This document shows, in pieces, positions 11,401 through 22,800 of a stretch of DNA of 64,000 nt (its first letter is position 1; each line of letters begins with the position of its first letter). The position numbers and the translations under genes are program-made. The stretch is from Eledone cirrhosa (Eukaryota). Below the pieces are notes generated by a model. That model made no database searches, was not told where the DNA came from, and saw only the letters and a program-made list of their open reading frames with translations. The stretch covers positions 134,416,001 through 134,480,000 of the forward strand of contig OZ024744.1 in assembly GCA_964016885.1 (NCBI GenBank). The letters are read 5' to 3'.

Positions 11401-14400
11401 TGGGGTTAAGTTAAGTTGCAGTTAAGTTAAGTTGAGGTTAAGTTAAGGTGCGGTTAAGTTAAGTTGGGGTTAAGTTAAGTTGGGGCTAAGTTAAGTTGGG
11501 GCTAAGTTAAGTTGGGGCTAAGTTAAGTTGGGGTTAAGTTAAGTTGGGGTTAAGTTAAGTCGGGGTTAAGTTAAGTTGGGGTTAAGTTAAGTTGGGGTTA
11601 ATTTAAGTTGGGGTTATGTTAAGTTGGGGTTAAGTTAAGTTGGGGTTAAGTTAAGTTGGTTAGTTAAGTTGAGTTTAAGTTAAGTTGGGGTTAATTTAAG
11701 TTGGGGTTAAGTTATGTTGGGGTTAAGTTAAGTTGGGGTTAAGTTAAGTCGGGGTTAAGTTAAGTTGGGGTTAAGTTAAGTTGGGGTTAATTTAAGTTGG
11801 GGTTAAGTTGGGGTCAAGTTAAGTTGGGGTTAAGTTGGGGTTAAGTTAAGTTAGGTTTAAGTTAAGTTGGGGTTAAGTTAAGTTGGGGTTAAGTTAAGTT
11901 GGGGTTAAGTTAAGTTGGGGTTAAGTTAAGTTGGGGTTAAGTTAATTTGTGGTTAAGTTAAGTTGGGGTTAAGTTAAGTTGGGGTTAAGTTAAGTTGGGG
12001 TTAAGTTAAGTCGGGGTTAAGTTAAGTTGGGGTTAAGTTAAGTTGGGGTTAATTTAAGTTGGGGTTAAGTTAAGTTGGGGTTAAGTTAAGTTGGGGTTAA
12101 ATTAAGTTGGGGTTAAGTTAAGTTGGGGTTAAGTCAAGTTGGGGTTAAGTTAAGTTGGGGATAAGTTAAGTTGGGGATAATTTAAGTTGGGGTTAAGTTA
12201 AGTTGGGTTTAAGTTAAGTTGGGGTTAAGTTAAGTTGGGGTTAAGTTAAGTTGGGGTTAAGTTAAGTTGGGGTTAAGTTAAGTTGGGGTTAAGTTAAGTT
12301 GGGGCTAAGTTAAGTTGGGGCTGAGTTAAGTTGGGGTTAAGTTAAGTTGGGCTTAATTTAAGTCGGGGTTAAGTTAAGTTAGGGTTCAGTTAAGTTGGGG
12401 TTAAGTTAAGTTGGGGTTAAGTTAAGTTGGGGTTAAGTTAAGTCGGGGTTAAGTTAAGTTGGGGTTAAGTTAAGTTGGGGTTAAGTTAAGTCGGGGTTAA
12501 GTTAAGTTGGGGTTAAGTTAAGTTGGGGTTAATTTAAGTTGGGGTTAAGTTAAGTTGGGGTTAAGTTAAGTTGGGGTTAAGTTAAGATGGGGTTAATTTA
12601 AGTTGGGGTTAAGTTAAGTTGAGGTTAAGTTAAGTTGGGGTTAAATTAAGTTGGGGTTAAGTTAAGTTGGGGTTAAGTCAAGTTGGGGTTAAGTTAAGTT
12701 GGGGATAAGTTAAGTTGGGGATAATTTAAGTTGGGTTTAAGTTAAGTTGGGGTTAAGTTGAGTTGGGGTTAAGTTAAGTTGGGGTTAAGTTAAGTTGGGG
12801 TTAATTTAAGTTGGGGCTAAGTTAAGTTGGGACTGAGTTAAGTTGGGGTTAAGTTAAGTTGGGGTTAAGTTAAGTTGGGGTTAAGTTAAGTTGGAGTTTA
12901 TTTAAGTTGGGGTTAAGTTAAGTTGGGGTTCAGTTAAGTTGGGGTTAAGTTAAGTTGGGGTTAAGATGGGGTTAAATTAAGTTGGGGTTAAGTTAAGTTG
13001 GGGTTAAGTTAAGTTGGGGTTAAGTTAAGTTGGGGTTAAGTTAAGTCGGGGTTAAGTTAAGTCGGGGTTAAGTTAAGTTAGGGTTCAGTTAAGTTGGGGT
13101 TAAGTTAAGTTGGGGTTGAGTTAAGTTGGGGTTGAGTTAAATTGGGGTTGAGTTAAGTTGGGGTTGAGTTAAGTTGGTGTTGAGTTAAGTTGGGGTTAAG
13201 TTAAGTTGGGGTTAAGTTAATTTGTGGTTAAGTTAAGTTGGGGTTAAGTTAAGTTGGGGTTAAGTTAAGTTGGGGTTAAGTTAAAATGGGGTTAAGTTAA
13301 GTTGAGGTTAAGTTAAGTTGGGGTTAAATTAAGTTGGGGTTAATTTAAGTTGGGGTTAAGTTAAGTTGGGGTTAAGTTAAGTTGGGGATAAGTTAAGTTG
13401 GGGATAATTTAAGTTGGGGTTAAGTTAAGTTGGGTTTAAGTTAAGTTGGGGTTAAGTTAAGTTGGGGATAAGTTAAGTTGGGGATAAGTTAAGTTGGGGT
13501 TAAGTTAAGTTGGGGTTAAGTTAAGTTGGGGCTAAGTTAAGTTGGGGCTGAGTTAAGTTGGGGTTAAGTTAAGTTGGGGTTAAGTTAAGTTGGGGTTAAT
13601 TTAAGTTGGGGTTTATTTAAGTTGGGGTTACTTTAAGTTGGTGTTAAGTTAAGTTGGGGTTAATTTAAGTTGGGGTTAATTAAGTTGGGGTTAAGTTAAG
13701 TTGGGGTTAAGTTAAGTTGGGGTTAAGTTAAGTTCGGGTTCAGTTAAGTTGGGTATAAGTTAAGTTGGGTATAAGTTAAGTTGGGGTTAAGTTAAGTTGG
13801 GGTTAAGTTAAGTTGGTGTTAAGTTAAGTTGGGGCTAAGTTAAGTTGGGGCTGAGTTAAGTTGGGGCTGAGTTAAGTTGGGGTTAAGTTAAGTTGGGGTC
13901 AAGTTAAGTTGGGGTTAAGTTGGGGTTAAGTTAAGTTAGGTTTAAGTTAAGATGGGGTTAAGTTAAGTTGGGATTAAGTTAAGTTGGGGTTAAGTTAAGT
14001 TGGGGTTAAGTTAAGTTGGGGTTGAGTTAATTTGTGGTTAAGTTAAGTTGGGGTTAAGTTAAGTCGGGGTTAAGTTAAGTTGGGGTTAAGTTAAGTTGGG
14101 GTTAAGTTAAGTTGGGGTTAAGTTAAGTTGGGGTCAAGTTAAGTTGGGGTTAAGTTGGGGTTAAGTTAAGTTAGGTTTAAGTTAAGTTGGGGTTAAGTTA
14201 AGTTGGGGTTAAGTTAAGTTGGGGTTAAGTTAAGTTGGGGTTAAGTTAATTTGTGGTTAAGTTAAGTTGGGGTTAAGTTAAGTTGGGGTTAAGTTAAGTT
14301 GGGGTTAAGTTAAGTCGGAGTTAATTTAAGTTGGGGTTAAGTTAAGTTGGGGTTAATTTAAGTTGGGGTTAAGTTAAGTTGGGGTTAAGTTAAGTTGGGG

Positions 14401-15110
14401 TTAAATTAAGTTGGGGTTAAGTTAAGTTGGGGTTAAGTCAAGTTGGGGTTAAGTTAAGTTGGGGATAAGTTAAGTTGGGGATAATTTAAGTTGGGGTTAA
14501 GTTAAGTTGGGTTTAAGTTAAGTTGGGGTTAAGTTAAGTTGGGGTTAAGTTAAGTTGGGGTTAAGTTAAGTTGGGGTTAAGTTAAGTTGAGGCTAAGTTA
14601 AGTTGGGGCTGAGTTAAGTTGGGGTTAAGTTAAGTTGGGCTTAATTTAAGTCGGGGTTAAGTTAAGTTAGGGTTCAGTTAAGTTGGGGTTAAGTTAAGTT
14701 GGGGTTGAGTTAAGTTGGGGTTGAGTTAAATTGGGGTTGAGTTAAGTTGGGGTTGAGTTAAGTTGGTGTTGAGTTAAGTTGGGGTTAAGTTAAGTTGGGG
14801 TTAAGTTAAGTTGCAGTTAAGTTAAGTTGAGGTTAAGTTAAGGTGCGGTTAAGTTAAGTTGGGGTTAAGTTAAGTTGGGGCTAAGTTAAGTTGGGGCTAA
14901 GTTAAGTTGGGGCTAAGTTAAGTTGGGGTTAAGTTAAGTTGGGGTTAAGTTAAGTCGGGGTTAAGTTAAGTTGGGGTTAAGTTAAGTTGGGGTTAATTTA
15001 AGTTGGGGTTATGTTAAGTTGGGGTTAAGTTAAGTTGGGGTTAAGTTAAGTTGGTTAGTTAAGTTGAGTTTAAGTTAAGTTGGGGTTAATTTAAGTTGGG
15101 GTTAAGTTAT
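8369..15110 (+). repeat. ~3.35-kb tandem duplication (about 8369-11715 and 11716-15110)
   Basis: Private variants TTAAAATGGGG 9940/13287, TTACTTTAAG 10284/13631 and GGGATTAAG 10626/13973 have offset 3347. GAGGCT 11198/14593 has offset 3395, three monomers more. Confidence 0.88.
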
Positions 15111-15201
15111 GTTGGGGTTAAGTTAAGTTGGGGTTAAGTTAAGTTGGGGTTAAGTTAAGTTGGGGTTAAGTTAAGTTGGGGTTAAGTTAAGTTGGGCTTA
15201 A

Positions 15202-15372
15202 CCCCAACTTAACTTAACCCCAACTTCACTCAACCCCAACGTAACTCAACCCCAACTTAACTTATCCCCAACTTCACTCAACCCCAACTTAACTTAACCC
15301 CAACTTCACTCAACCCCAACTTCCAACTTGACTTAATCCCAACTTAACTTAGCCCCAACTTAACTTAAGCCC
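15202..15372 (-). repeat. 171-bp inverted block of the satellite (CCCCAACTTAACTTAA units), copy 1
   Basis: The strand switches at GGGC-TTAA-CCCC (TTAA 15198-15201). About 10 reverse-complement monomers follow, ending at TTAAGCCC (15365-15372), then forward TAAGTCGGGG resumes. Confidence 0.98.
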
Positions 15373-15724
15373 TAAGTCGGGGTTAAGTTAAGTTGGCGTT
15401 AAGTTAAGTTAGGCTTAACTTAAGTTGGGGTTCAGTTAAGTTGGGGGTAAGTTAAGTTGGGGGTAAGTTAAGTTGGGGTTAAGTTAAGTTGCGGTTAAGT
15501 TGGGGTTAAGTTAAGTTAGGGTTAAGTTAAGTTGGGGTTGAGTTAAGTTGGGGTTAATTAAGTGGTGGTTATGTTAAGTTGGGGTTAAGTTAAGTTGGGG
15601 TTAATTTAAATTGGGGTTAAGTTAACTTTGTGGTTAAGTTAAGTTGGGGTTAAGTTAAGTTGGGGTTAAGTTGGGGTTGAGTTAAGTTGGGGTTGAGTGA
15701 AGTTGGGGTTAAGTTAAGTTGGGG
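15202..15724. mobile_element. Putative 523-bp foldback/MITE-like structure with ~60-bp inverted ends made of satellite monomers, flanked by TTAA (copy 1)
   Basis: 15202-15261 is the reverse complement of 15665-15724 with one mismatch (15241/15685), including the rare TTGAGTGAAG variant in register. TTAA lies at 15198-15201 and 15725-15728. There is no transposase, and mobility is inferred only. Confidence 0.3.
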
Positions 15725-16800
15725 TTAAGTTAAGTTGGGGTTAAGTTAAGTCGGGGTTAAGTTAAGTTGTGGTTGAGTTAAGTTGGGGTTAATTTAAGTT
15801 GGGGTTAAGTTAAGTTGGGGTTAAGTTAAGTTGGGGTTAAGTTAAGATGGGGTTAAGTTAAGTTGGGGTTAAGTTAAGTTGAGGTTAAGTTAAGTTGGGG
15901 ATAAGTTAAGTTGGGGATAATTTAATTGGGGTTAAGTTAAGTTGGGTTTAAGTTAAGTTGGGGTTAAGTTAATTTGTGGTTAAGTTAAGTTGGGGTTAAG
16001 TTAAGTTGGGGTTAAGTTAAGTTGGGGTTAAGTTAAGTCGGGGTTAAGTTAAGTTGGGGTTAAGTTAAGTTGGGGTTAATTTAAGTTGGGGTTAAGTTAA
16101 GTTGGGGTTAAGTTAAGTTGGGGTTAATTTAAGATGGGGTTAAGTTAAGTTGGGGTTAAGTTAAGTTGAGGTTAAGTTAAGTTGGGGTTAAATTAAGTTG
16201 GGGTTAAGTTAAGTTGGGGTTAAGTTAAGTTGGGGTTAAGTTAAGTTGGGGATAAGTTAAGTTGGGGATAATTTAAGTTGGGGTTAAGTTAAGTTGGGTT
16301 TAAGTTAAGTTGGGGTTAAGTTAATTTGTGGTTAAGTTAAGTTGGGGTTAAGTTAAGTTGGGGTTAAGTTAAGTTGGGGTTAAGTTAAGTCGGGGTTAAG
16401 TTAAGTTGGGGTTAAGTTAAGTTGGGGTTAATTTAAGTTGGGGTTAAGTTAAGTTGGGGTTAAGTTAAGTTGGGGTTAATTTAAGATGGGGTTAAGTTAA
16501 GTTGGGGTTAAGTTAAGTTGGGGTTAAGTTAAGTTGGGGTTAAATTAAGTTGGGGTTAAGTTAAGTTGGGGTTAAGTTAAGTTGGGGTTAAGTTAAGTTG
16601 GGGATAAGTTAAGTTGGGGATAATTTAAGTTGGGGTTAAGTTAAGTTGGGTTTAAGTTAAGTTGGGGTTAAGTTAAGTTGGGGTTAAGTTAAGTTGGGGT
16701 TAAGTTAAGTTGGGGCTAAGTTAAGTTGGGGCTGAGTTAAGTTGGGGTTAAGTTAAGTTGGGGTTAAGTTAAGTTGGGGTTAAGTTAAGTTGGGGTTTAT

Positions 16801-19800
16801 TTAAGTTGGGGTTAAGTTAAGTTGGGGTTCAGTTAAGTTGGGGTTAAGTTAAGTCGGGGTTAAGTTAAGTCGGGGTTAAATTAAGTTAGGGTTCAGTTAA
16901 GTTGGGGTTAAGTTAAGTTGGGCTTGAGTTAAGTTGGGGTTGAGTTAAATTGGGGTTGAGTTAAGTTGGGGTTGAGTTAAGTTGGTGTTGAGTTAAGTTG
17001 GGGTTAAGTTAAGTTGGGGTTAAGTTAAGTTGCAGTTAAGTTAAGTTGTGGTTAAGTTAAGGTGGGGTTAAGTTAAGTCGGGGTTAAGTTAAGTTGTGGT
17101 TGAGTTAAGTTGGGGTTAATTTAAGTTGGGGCTAAGTTAATTTGTGGTTAAGTTAAGTTGGGGTTAACTTAAGTTGGTGTTAAGTTAAGTTGGGGTTGAG
17201 TTAAGTTGGGGTTGAGTTAATTTGGGGTTAAGTTAAGTTGGGGTTAATTTAAGTTGGGTTTAAGTTAATTTGGGGTTAAATTAAGTTGGGGTTAAATTAA
17301 GTTGGGGTTAAGTTATGTTGGGAGTAAGTTAAGTTGGGGGCAAGTTAAGTTGGGGTTAATTTAAGTTGGGGTTAAATTAAGTTGGGGTTACGTTAAGTTG
17401 GTGTTAAGTTAAGTTGGGGTTAATTTAAGTTGGGGTTAATTAAGTTGGGGTTAAGTTAAGTTGGGGTTAAGTTAAGTTGGGGTTAATTTAAGTTGGGGTT
17501 GAGTTAAGTTGGGGTTAAGTTAAGTTGGGGTTATATTAAGTTGGGGTTAAGTTAAGTTGGGGTTCAGTTAAGTTGGGGATAAGTTAAGTTGGGGTTAAGT
17601 TAAGTTGGGGTTAAGTTAAGTTGGGGTTAAGTTAAGTTGGTGTTAAGTTAAGTTGGGGCTAAGTTAAGTTGGGGCTGAGTTAAGTTGGGGCTGAGTTAAG
17701 TTGGGGTTAAGTTAAGTTGGGGTTGAGTTAAGTTGGGGTTAAGTTAAGTTGGGGTCAAGTTAAGTTGGGGTTAAGTTGGGGTTAAGTTAAGTTAGGTTTA
17801 AGTTAAGTTGGGGTTAAGTTAAGTTGGGGTTAAGTTAAGTTGGGGTTAAGTTAAGTTGGGGTTAAGTTAAGTTGGGGTTAAGTTAATTTGTGGTTAAGTT
17901 AAGTTGGGGTTAAGTTAAGTTCGGGTTAAGTTAAGTTGGGGTTAAGTTAAGTCGGGGTTAAGTTAAGTTGGGGTTAAGTTAAGTTGGGGTTAATTTAAGT
18001 TGGGGTTAAGTTAAGTTGGGGTTAAGTTAAGTTGGGGTTAAGTTAAGTTGGGGTTAAGTTAAGTTGAGGTTAAGTTAAGTTGGGGTTAAATTAAGTTGGG
18101 GTTAAGTTAAGTTGGGGTTAAGTTAAGTTGGGGTTAAGTTAAGTTGGGGATAAGTTAAGTTGGGGATAATTTAAGTTGGGGTTAAGTTAAGTTGGGTTTA
18201 AGTTAAGTTGGGGTTAAGTTAAGTTGGGGATAAGTTAAGTTGGGGTTAAGTTAAGTTGGGGTTAAGTTAAGTTGGGGTTAAGTTAAGTTGGGGCTAAGTT
18301 AAGTTGGGGCTGAGTTAAGTTGGGGTTAAGTTAAGTTGGGGTTAAGTTAAGTTGGGGTTAAGTTAAGTTGGGGTTTATTTAAGTTGGGGTTAAATTAAGT
18401 TGGGGTTCAGTTAAGTTGGGGTTAAGTTAAGTTGGGGTTAAGATGGGGTTAAATTAAGTTGGGGTTAAGTTAAGTTGGGGTTAAGTTAAGTTGGGGTTAA
18501 GTTAAGTTGGGGTTAAGTTAAGTCGGGGTTAAGTTAAGTCGTGGTTAAGTTAAGTTAGGGTTCAGTTAAGTTGGGGTTAAGTTAAGTTGGGGTTGAGTTA
18601 AGTTGGGGTTGAGTTAAATTGGGGTTGAGTTAAGTTGGGGTTGAGTTAAGTTGGTTTTGAGTTAAGTTGGGGTTAAGTTAAGTTGGGGTTAAGTTAAGTT
18701 GGGGTCAAGTTAAGTTGGGGTTAAGTTAAGTTGGTTAGTTAAGTTGAGTTTAAGTTAAGTTGGGGTTAATTTAAGTTGGGGTTAAGTTAAGTTGGGGTTA
18801 AGTTAAGTTGGGGTTAAGTTAAGTTGGGGTTAAGTTAAGTTGGGGTTAAGTTAAGTCGGGGTTAATTTAAGTCGGGGTTAAGTTAAGTTAGGGTTCAGTT
18901 AAGTTGGGGTTAAGTTAAGTTGGGGTTGAGTTAAGTTGGGGTTGAGTTAAATTGGGGTTGAGTTAAGTTGGTGTTGAGTTAAGTTGGTGTTGAGTTAAGT
19001 TGGGGTTAAGTTAAGTTGGGGTTAAGTTAAGTTGCAGTTAAGTTAAGTTGAGGTTTAGTTAAGGTGGGGTTAAGTTAAGTCGGGGTTAAGTTAAGTTGTG
19101 GTTGAGTTAAGTTGGGGTTAATTTAAGTTGGGGCTGAGTTAATTTGTGGTTAAGTTAAGCTGGAGTTAAGTTAAGTTGGGGTTGAGTTAAGTTGGGGTTG
19201 AGTTAATTTGGGGTTAAGTTAAGTTGGGGTTAATTTAAGTTGGGTTTAAGTTAAGTTGGGGTTAAATTAAGTTGGGGTTAAATTAAGTTGGGGTTAAGTT
19301 AAGTTGGGGGTAAGTTAAGTTGGGGTTAAGTTAAGTTGGGGTTAATTTAAGTTGGGGTTTATTTAAGTTGGGGTTACGTTAAGTTGGTGTTAAGTTAAGT
19401 TGGGGTTAATTTAAGTTGGGGTTAATTAAGTTGGGGTTAAGTTAAGTTGGGGTTAAGTTAAGTTGGGGTTAAGTTAAGTTGAGGTTAAGTTAAGTTGGGG
19501 TTAAATTAAGTTGGGGTTAAGTTAAGTTGGGGTTAAGTTAAGTTGGGGTTAAGTTAAGTTGGGGATAAGTTAAGTTGGGGATAATTTAAGTTGGGGTTAA
19601 GTTAAGTTGGGTTTAAGTTAAGTTGGGGTTAAGTTAAGTTGGGGATAAGTTAAGTTGGGGTTAAGTTAAGTTGGGGTTAAGTTAAGTTGGGGTTAAGTTA
19701 AGTTGGGGCTAAGTTAAGTTGGGGCTGAGTTAAGTTGGGGTTAAGTTAAGTTGGGGTTAAGTTAAGTTGGGGTTAAGTTAAGTTGGGGTTTATTTAAGTT

Positions 19801-22800
19801 GGGGTTAAATTAAGTTGGGGTTCAGTTAAGTTGGGGTTAAGTTAAGTTGGGGTTAAGATGGGGTTAAATTAAGTTGGGGTTAAGTTAAGTTGGGGTTAAG
19901 TTAAGTTGGGGTTAAGTTAAGTTGGGGTTAAGTTAAGTCGGGGTTAAGTTAAGTCGTGGTTAAGTTAAGTTAGGGTTCAGTTAAGTTGGGGTTAAGTTAA
20001 GTTGGGGTTGAGTTAAGTTGGGGTTGAGTTAAATTGGGGTTGAGTTAAGTTGGGGTTGAGTTAAGTTGGTTTTGAGTTAAGTTGGGGTTAAGTTAAGTTG
20101 GGGTTAAGTTAAGTTGGGGTCAAGTTAAGTTGGGGTTAAGTTAAGTTGGTTAGTTAAGTTGAGTTTAAGTTAAGTTGGGGTTAATTTAAGTTGGGGTTAA
20201 GTTAAGTTGGGGTTAAGTTAAGTTGGGGTTAAGTTAAGTTGGGGTTAAGTTAAGTTGGGGTTAAGTTAAGTCGGGGTTAATTTAAGTCGGGGTTAAGTTA
20301 AGTTAGGGTTCAGTTAAGTTGGGGTTAAGTTAAGTTGGGGTTGAGTTAAGTTGGGGTTGAGTTAAATTGGGGTTGAGTTAAGTTGGTGTTGAGTTAAGTT
20401 GGTGTTGAGTTAAGTTGGGGTTAAGTTAAGTTGGGGTTAAGTTAAGTTGCAGTTAAGTTAAGTTGAGGTTTAGTTAAGGTGGGGTTAAGTTAAGTCGGGG
20501 TTAAGTTAAGTTGTGGTTGAGTTAAGTTGGGGTTAATTTAAGTTGGGGCTGAGTTAATTTGTGGTTAAGTTAAGCTGGAGTTAAGTTAAGTTGGGGTTGA
20601 GTTAAGTTGGGGTTGAGTTAATTTGGGGTTAAGTTAAGTTGGGGTTAATTTAAGTTGGGTTTAAGTTAAGTTGGGGTTAAATTAAGTTGGGGTTAAATTA
20701 AGTTGGGGTTAAGTTAAGTTGGGGGTAAGTTAAGTTGGGGTTAAGTTAAGTTGGGGTTAATTTAAGTTGGGGTTTATTTAAGTTGGGGTTACGTTAAGTT
20801 GGTGTTAAGTTAAGTTGGGGTTAATTTAAGTTGGGGTTAATTAAGTTGGGGTTAAGTTAAGTTGGGGTTAAGTTAAGTTGGGGTTCAGTTAAGTTGGGTA
20901 TAAGTTAAGTTGGGTATAAGTTAAGTTGGGGTTAAGTTAAGTTGGGGTTAAGTTAAGTCGGTGTTAAGTTAAGTTGGGGCTAAGTTAAGTTGGGGCTGAG
21001 TTAAGTTGGGGCTGAGTTAAGTTGGGGTTAAGTTAAGTTGGGGTCAAGTTAAGTTGGGGTTTATTTAAGTTGGGGTTACGTTAAGTTGGTGTTAAGTTAA
21101 GTTGGGGTTAATTTAAGTTGGGGTTAATTAAGTTGGGGTTAAGTTAAGTTGGGGTTAAGTTAAGTTGGGGTTAATTTAAGTTGGGGTTGAGTTAAGTTGG
21201 GGTTAAGTTAAGTTGGGGTTATATTAAGTTGGGGTTAATTTAAGTTGGGGTTCAGTTAAGATGGGTATAAGTTAAGTTGGGGTTAAGTTAAGTTGGGGTT
21301 AAGTTAAGTTGGGGTTAAGTTAAGTTGGTGTTAAGTTAAGTTGGGGCTAAGTTAAGTTGGGGCTGAGTTAAGTTGGGGCTGAGTGAAGTTGGGGTTAAGT
21401 TAAGTTGGGGTCAAGTTAAGTTGGGGTTAAGTTGGGGTTAAGTTAAGTTAGGTTTAAGTTAAGATGGGGTTAAGTTAAGTTGGGGTTAAGTTAAGTTGGG
21501 GTTAAGTTAATTTGTGGTTAAGTTAAGTTGGGGTTAAGTTAAGTTGGGGTTAAGTTAAGTTGGGGTTAAGTTAAGTCGGGGTTAAGTTAAGTTGGGGTTA
21601 AGTTAAGTTGGGGTTAATTTAAGTTGGGGTTAAGTTAAGTTGGGGTCAAGTTAAGTTGGGGTTAAGTTGGGGTTAAGTTAAGTTAGGTTTAAGTTAAGTT
21701 GGGGTTAAGTTAAGTTGGGGTTAAGTTAAGTTGGGGTTAAGTTAAGTTGGGGTTAAGTTAAGTTGGGGTTAAGTTAATTTGTGGTTAAGTTAAGTTGGGG
21801 TTAAGTTAAGTTGGGGTTAAGTTAAGTCGGGGTTAAGTTAAGTTGGGGTTAAGTTAAGTTGGGGTTAATTTAAGTTGGGGTTAAGTTAAGTTGGGGTTAA
21901 GTTAAGTTGGGGTTAAATTAAGTTGGGGTTAAGTTAAGTTGGGGTTAAGTCAAGTTGGGGTTAAGTTAAGTTGGGGATAAGTTAAGTTGGGGATAATTTA
22001 AGTTGGGGTTAAGTTAAGTTGGGTTTAAGTTAAGTTGGGGTTAAGTTAAGTTGGGGTTAAGTTAAGTTGGGGTTAAGTTAAGTTGGGGTTAAGTTAAGTT
22101 GGGGTTAAGTTAAGTTGGGGCTAAGTTAAGTTGGGGCTGAGTTAAGTTGGGGTTAAGTTAAGTTGGGCTTAATTTAAGTCGGGGTTAAGTTAAGTTAGGG
22201 TTCAGTTATATTGGGGTTAAGTTAAGTTGGGGTTAAGTTAAGTTGGGGTTAAGTTAAGTCGGGGTTAAGTTAAGTTGGGGTTAAGTTAAGTTGGGGTTAA
22301 GTTAAGTCGGGGTTAAGTTAAGTTGGGGTTAAGTTACGTTGGGGTTAATTTAAGTTGGGGTTAAGTTAAGTTGGGGTTAAGTTAAGTTGGGGTTAAGTTA
22401 AGATGGGGTTAATTTAAGTTGGGGTTAAGTTAAGTTGAGGTTAAGTTAAGTTGGGGTTAAATTAAGTTGGGTTTAAGTTAAGTTGGGGTTAAGTCAAGTT
22501 GGGGTTAAGTTAAGTTGGGGATAAGTTAAGTTGGGGATAATTTAAGTTGGGTTTAAGTTAAGTTGGGGTTAAGTTGAGTTGGGGTTAAGTTAAGTTGGGG
22601 TTAAGTTAAGTTGGGGTTAATTTAAGTTGGGGCTAAGTTAAGTTGGGACTGAGTTAAGTTGGGGTTAAGTTAAGTTGGGGTTAAGTTACGTTGGGGTTAA
22701 GTTAAGTTGGAGTTTATTTAAGTTGGGGTTAAGTTAAGTTGGGGTTCAGTTAAGTTGGGGTTAAGTTAAGTTGGGGTTAAGTTAAGTTGGGGTTAAGTTA

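Noticed and set aside
15194-15372. GGGCTTAA...TTAAGCCC as 8-bp inverted ends, with GGGCTTAATTTAAGTCGGGG elsewhere as the empty site
   Set aside because: Copy 2 has GGGG, not GGGC, at the left junction. The neighbouring variants do not match the context of the supposed empty site, so coincidence is plausible.
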